Of a DNA stretch of 64,000 nt, positions 60,015 to 64,000 are shown piece by piece. Numbering within the stretch: the stretch's first letter is position 1; each line of letters begins with the position of its first letter. The position numbers and the translations under genes were made by a program. Origin of the DNA: Squalus acanthias (lineage: Eukaryota); assembly GCA_030390025.1 (NCBI GenBank), contig CM059432.1, forward strand, positions 84,694,001 through 84,758,000. The letters run 5' to 3'. Under the pieces are notes generated by a model. That model saw nothing but the letters and a program-made list of their open reading frames with translations. It was not told the origin of the DNA and did no database searches.

Positions 60015-61843
60015 TCTCAAGGAACAGCACCTCATCTTTCATAGAATCATAGAATCATAGAAGATAGGAGCAGGAGTAGGCCATTCGGCCCCTCTAGCCT
60101 GCTCCACCATTCAATGCGATCATGGCTGATCATCCAAATTCAGTACCCTGTCCCTGCTTTCTCCCCATATCCCTTAATCCCTTTAGCCTTAAGAAATATA
60201 TCCAACTCCTTCTTGAATCTATTTAATGAATTGGCCTCTACTGCCTTCTGTGGCAGAGAATTCCACAGGTTCACCACTCTCTGAGTGAAGAAATTCCTCC
60301 TCATTTCTGTCCTAAATGGCTTACCCCTTATCCTTAGACTGTGACCCCTGGTTCTGGACTCCCCGACCATCGGGAACATCCTTCCTGTATCTAGTTTGTC
60401 CTGTCCTGTCAGAATTTTATAAGTTTCAATGAGATCCCCTCTCATTCTTCTAAACTCCAGCGAGTATAAGCCCAATCGACCCAATCTTTCTTCATACGTC
60501 ATTCCTGCTGATCCCAGGTATCAGCCTTGTGAATCTTCGCTGAACTCCTTCCATGGCAAGAACATCCTTCCTCAGATAAGGCGACCAAAACTGCACACAG
60601 TACTCAAGGTCTCACCAAGGCCCTGTACAACTGCAGCAAGACATCCCTGTTCCTGTACTCAAACCCTCTCGCTATGAAGGCCAACATACCATTTGCCTTC
60701 TTAACCGCCTGCTGCACCTGCATGCTTACCTTCAGCGACTGGTGCACAAGGACTCCCAGGTCTCGTTGCACTTCCCCTTCTCCCAATCTATTGCCATTCA
60801 GATAATAATCTGCCTTTCTGTTTTTGCCACCAAAGTGGATAACCTCACATTTATCCACGTTATATTGCATCTGCCACACTTCTGCCCAATCACCCAACCT
60901 GTCCAAATCATACTGGAGTTTCTCGGCATCCTCTTCACAGCACACACGCCCACCCAGTTTTGTGTCGTCTGCAAACTTGGAGATATTTGATCTAGTTCCC
61001 TTGTCTAGATCATTAATATATATTGTGAATAGCTGGGGTCCAAGGACCGATCCCTGCGGTACCCCACTAGTCACTGCCTGCCACTCGGAAAAAGACCCAT
61101 TTATTGCAACTCTTTGCTTTCTGTTTGCCAACCAGTTCTCTATCCAAGTCAATACCTTGCCCCCAATCCCATGTGCCTTAACTTTACATGTTAATCTCTT
61201 ATGCGGGACCTTATCAAAAGCCTTTTGGAAGTCCAAATACACCACATCCACTGGTTCTCCCTTATCTATTTTACCAGTTACATCCTCAAAAAATTCCAAT
61301 AGATTAGTCAAGCATGATTTACCTTTTGTAAATCCATGTTGACTTTGTCCGATCCTGTCACTGTTTTTCAAGTGCTCAGCTATTACATCTTTTACAATGG
61401 ACTCTAGCATTTTAGGCACTTTACAGCCTTCCGGACTCAACATTAAGTTCAACAATTTCAGATCATAAACTCTGCCCCCATTTTTTCAGCCGGCAATTGT
61501 TGATGATTCTGCTATTCCAATTTACAACTCTTCTAGACCTATCTTTTGTTTCTTTACTTATCCCATTACCATCTCCTTTTGTCTTGCACCATCATCCCTT
61601 TTGTCATTTAATCTCTCCTGCCTTCCACCCTATCACAGACCTTCCCTTTTGTTCTTTCCTCCCCTCTCCCCTTTCCCTGCCCCTGCACTTGCTGAAAACC
61701 TGTTATATCGCTAACTTTTTCCAGTTCTGACCTGAAACTTTAACTCTGTTTCTCTCTCCATAGATGCTGCCTGACCTGCTGAGTATTTCCAGCACTTTCT
61801 GTTTTATTTCAGATTTCCAACATCTGCAGTAATATGCTTTTGC
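60015..61843 (+). mobile_element. Penelope 3' fragment split by a CR1; hammerhead core deleted (about 61723-61746)
   Basis: GAACAGCACCTCATCTTT|...|TTAGGCACTTTACAGCC rejoins, followed by the pLTR. Confidence 0.85.
60040..61410 (-). mobile_element. 5'-truncated CR1 (RT domain to tail)
   Basis: ORFs 60604-61455 and 60140-60502; (ATAGAATC)n tail. Confidence 0.93.
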
Positions 61844-62016
61844 ATCAGTCCATCTAGTTTGACTTCTACCACCCTGGTAGTCACATGATACAACAATAAT
61901 GGAGTTGTTGACTAATCATAGCAATCATTCTCTATTAATTAGTCTACAATAGACCCAGACATAACTCTAAAGTCACCTGTTCCTCCCAAGCCTATTACAC
62001 TTACCATATGTCATGT

Positions 62017-62200
62017 CTCAAATTACTTGTATGCTGTATCCCAAAATATTATTTTCTGAAAGAAATTTATCTAATTTGCATTTTAATGAATCAATACTAT
62101 CTGTTTCCACCATTTCCCTAAAGAGCCTGTTCCATAGATTGGCCACTCGTTCACTGAAATAGTTTCCACGGATTAGTTTTGAATTTACCCCTGTTCTGCT
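62017..62200 (-). mobile_element. Diverged CR1 ORF2 C-terminal fragment
   Basis: YFSERVANLWNRL...LKCKLDKFL. Confidence 0.65.
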
Positions 62201-62427
62201 GCAAGAATGTCCAATGAGTGCAAGTGTCCTCAAAAAAGGAGACAAATTTAATTAATTTGATACACAATAAATGCATCAAGAGCAAATGAAACACCCAAGG
62301 ATAATTGGATTGGAGTCCCAGGTAGATGAACACACTCTAATGTGACAATATGCGGCCTAAGCTGAGCATAAGCAGGACCGCTTGTTCTTGAGCAGAGGGC
62401 ACCCTCCTCTAAGGTCAGTGTTTGAGC

Positions 62428-63420
62428 TATGAACATACGAACATACAAACAATGACGGACAGGTAAAGAACATCTGTTCCATCACGCCTGTCCCACACAA
62501 TTGTGATACCTTGAGTATCACAATATATACACTCAACTGCACCCGAAACCATGTGATCTCCTGGGAGAGGCAAAAAAAAACCCAGGCCAATTTGGGGAAA
62601 AAAATCTGGGAAATTCCTCTCTGATCCATCTAGCCGATCGAAACTAGTCCAGGAGACCACTCTGGCCCTGAATTCTCTGCAGTGCAGTACCTACCTTCTG
62701 TAAGAGGTGATCTCCGTCCCAGCTATAAACAAATGCAGCTCTCACTTGAAGGAATTCAACGAATCAGCATCCATTGCACGAGATGGCAGCCTGTTGCAGA
62801 GGTCCACTATTCTCTGGGAAAAGAACCACCTCCTGACATCTAACCTAGATCTGGCCTTATACAGCTTAAATTTGTGACCCCTGGTCCTCCCTAATCTATT
62901 TAATTGGAACAAACTGTCATTGGAACACAATCTATTCTCTTCATTATCTTATAAAACTCAATCAGATCCCCCCCCCTAAGTCTACGCTTCTCTAAAGTGT
63001 AGAGTCCCAACTCTTTTAGCCTATCTGGATAACTAAGGTGCTTTAGACTGGGGATTAGTCTATTGGCCTTCCTCTGTACCCTTTCCAAAGCCTCAATATC
63101 ACCCACCATGTGAGGAGACCAAAACTGGTCTCAGTACTCCAAGTGCGGCCTGACCAAACTAGTATGCCTCGTCTTGTAATCAATTGTCCCACGGATACAC
63201 CCCAACACCCTATTTGCTCTACCTATCGCTTCAGGGCATTTAAAGATGTATGCACTAGCATGCCCAAATCTCTTTCTATCTCCACCTTCTTTAATGCTTT
63301 TCCCTGAAAGGTGTATGAATGTTGAGCATTTGCCCTGCCCACATGCATAACTCTGCACTTATCCAAGTTATACAACATTTGCCAGTCATGAGCCCAATCT
63401 CCCAACACATTGCATTCCAC
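62428..63420 (-). mobile_element. 5'-truncated CR1 of another family with a longer 3'UTR
   Basis: LVRPHLEY, LERVQR, RTRGHKFKL and FFSQRIV motifs; (GAACATAC)n tail at 62431. Confidence 0.85.
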
Positions 63421-64000
63421 TTGAAGCAGACCAGCATCGTCTACAGCAGCATTTCCCAATGGTCCGCGAGGGTACTGCAGGTGGTCCGTGAAAAAATGGT
63501 CCAAATCCCTAAAATAAACGTGTCTGTTGTCTCCACAGATGTTGAATGACCCGCCGTGTGGTTCCAGCCGTGTGGTGCTGTTTAAAGCTGGGTTTTGGGG
63601 ATGAGCTGATGAAAGTGAAAACCTGCTGTGGATGGAGGGCGGGTTGGTTTTCTGGAAGGAGCAAATCAACTGGGCCGAAAAATCAGCTCCAGACAAATTC
63701 ACCAAAATATTTCCCACCTCACTACCGCACAACGGCAAGTACTGCTCCACTCTATCATATAAACCCAACCAGTGCCCCCTCAATGCAGCAATCTTCACCA
63801 GTGTCCCCACCATTATACAACCTCAGGTTTGCATGTACGGAGTGTGCGTCTTTGACAGTGGGCTTTATACAACCGCAGCCGCCGGTACTCTTGAGTCACA
63901 CTAAGTAAATGTAGATGTCATAAATATAAGATCCTCAATAATAAATGCAGGAGAGAATTCAGGAAAAACTTGTTTATGCAAAGAGTGGTTGGAATGTGGA

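Noticed and set aside
63444..63500. hAT-like terminus (CAGCATTTCCCAA...GGTCCGCG)
   Set aside because: No matching second end or 8-bp TSD found in the window.

Overview
Eukaryotic, almost gene-free window that by my manual tally is roughly 85-90% repeat. The element set (CR1 LINEs with 8-bp tails, DeuSINE-type tails, Penelope, RTE, Harbinger) points to a cartilaginous fish, probably a shark; this is inference. It opens with a 5-kb 29-bp satellite with higher-order structure that grades into a CR1 5'UTR. It then holds deeply nested elements: about 10 CR1 copies or fragments, two TG...CA solo-LTR-like inserts, and one full-length plus several partial Penelope-like elements carrying minimal hammerhead ribozymes. 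It also holds a twin-primed RTE and a large PIF/Harbinger community of six two-gene copies from about four families plus at least seven MITE-type derivatives. The Harbinger at 7206-11310 appears fully intact, with a 386-aa DDE transposase and a convergent, three-exon 448-aa Myb/SANT gene. Several fold-back palindromes and template-switch junctions sit at element boundaries. No host protein-coding gene was confidently identified. All coordinates were read by eye.
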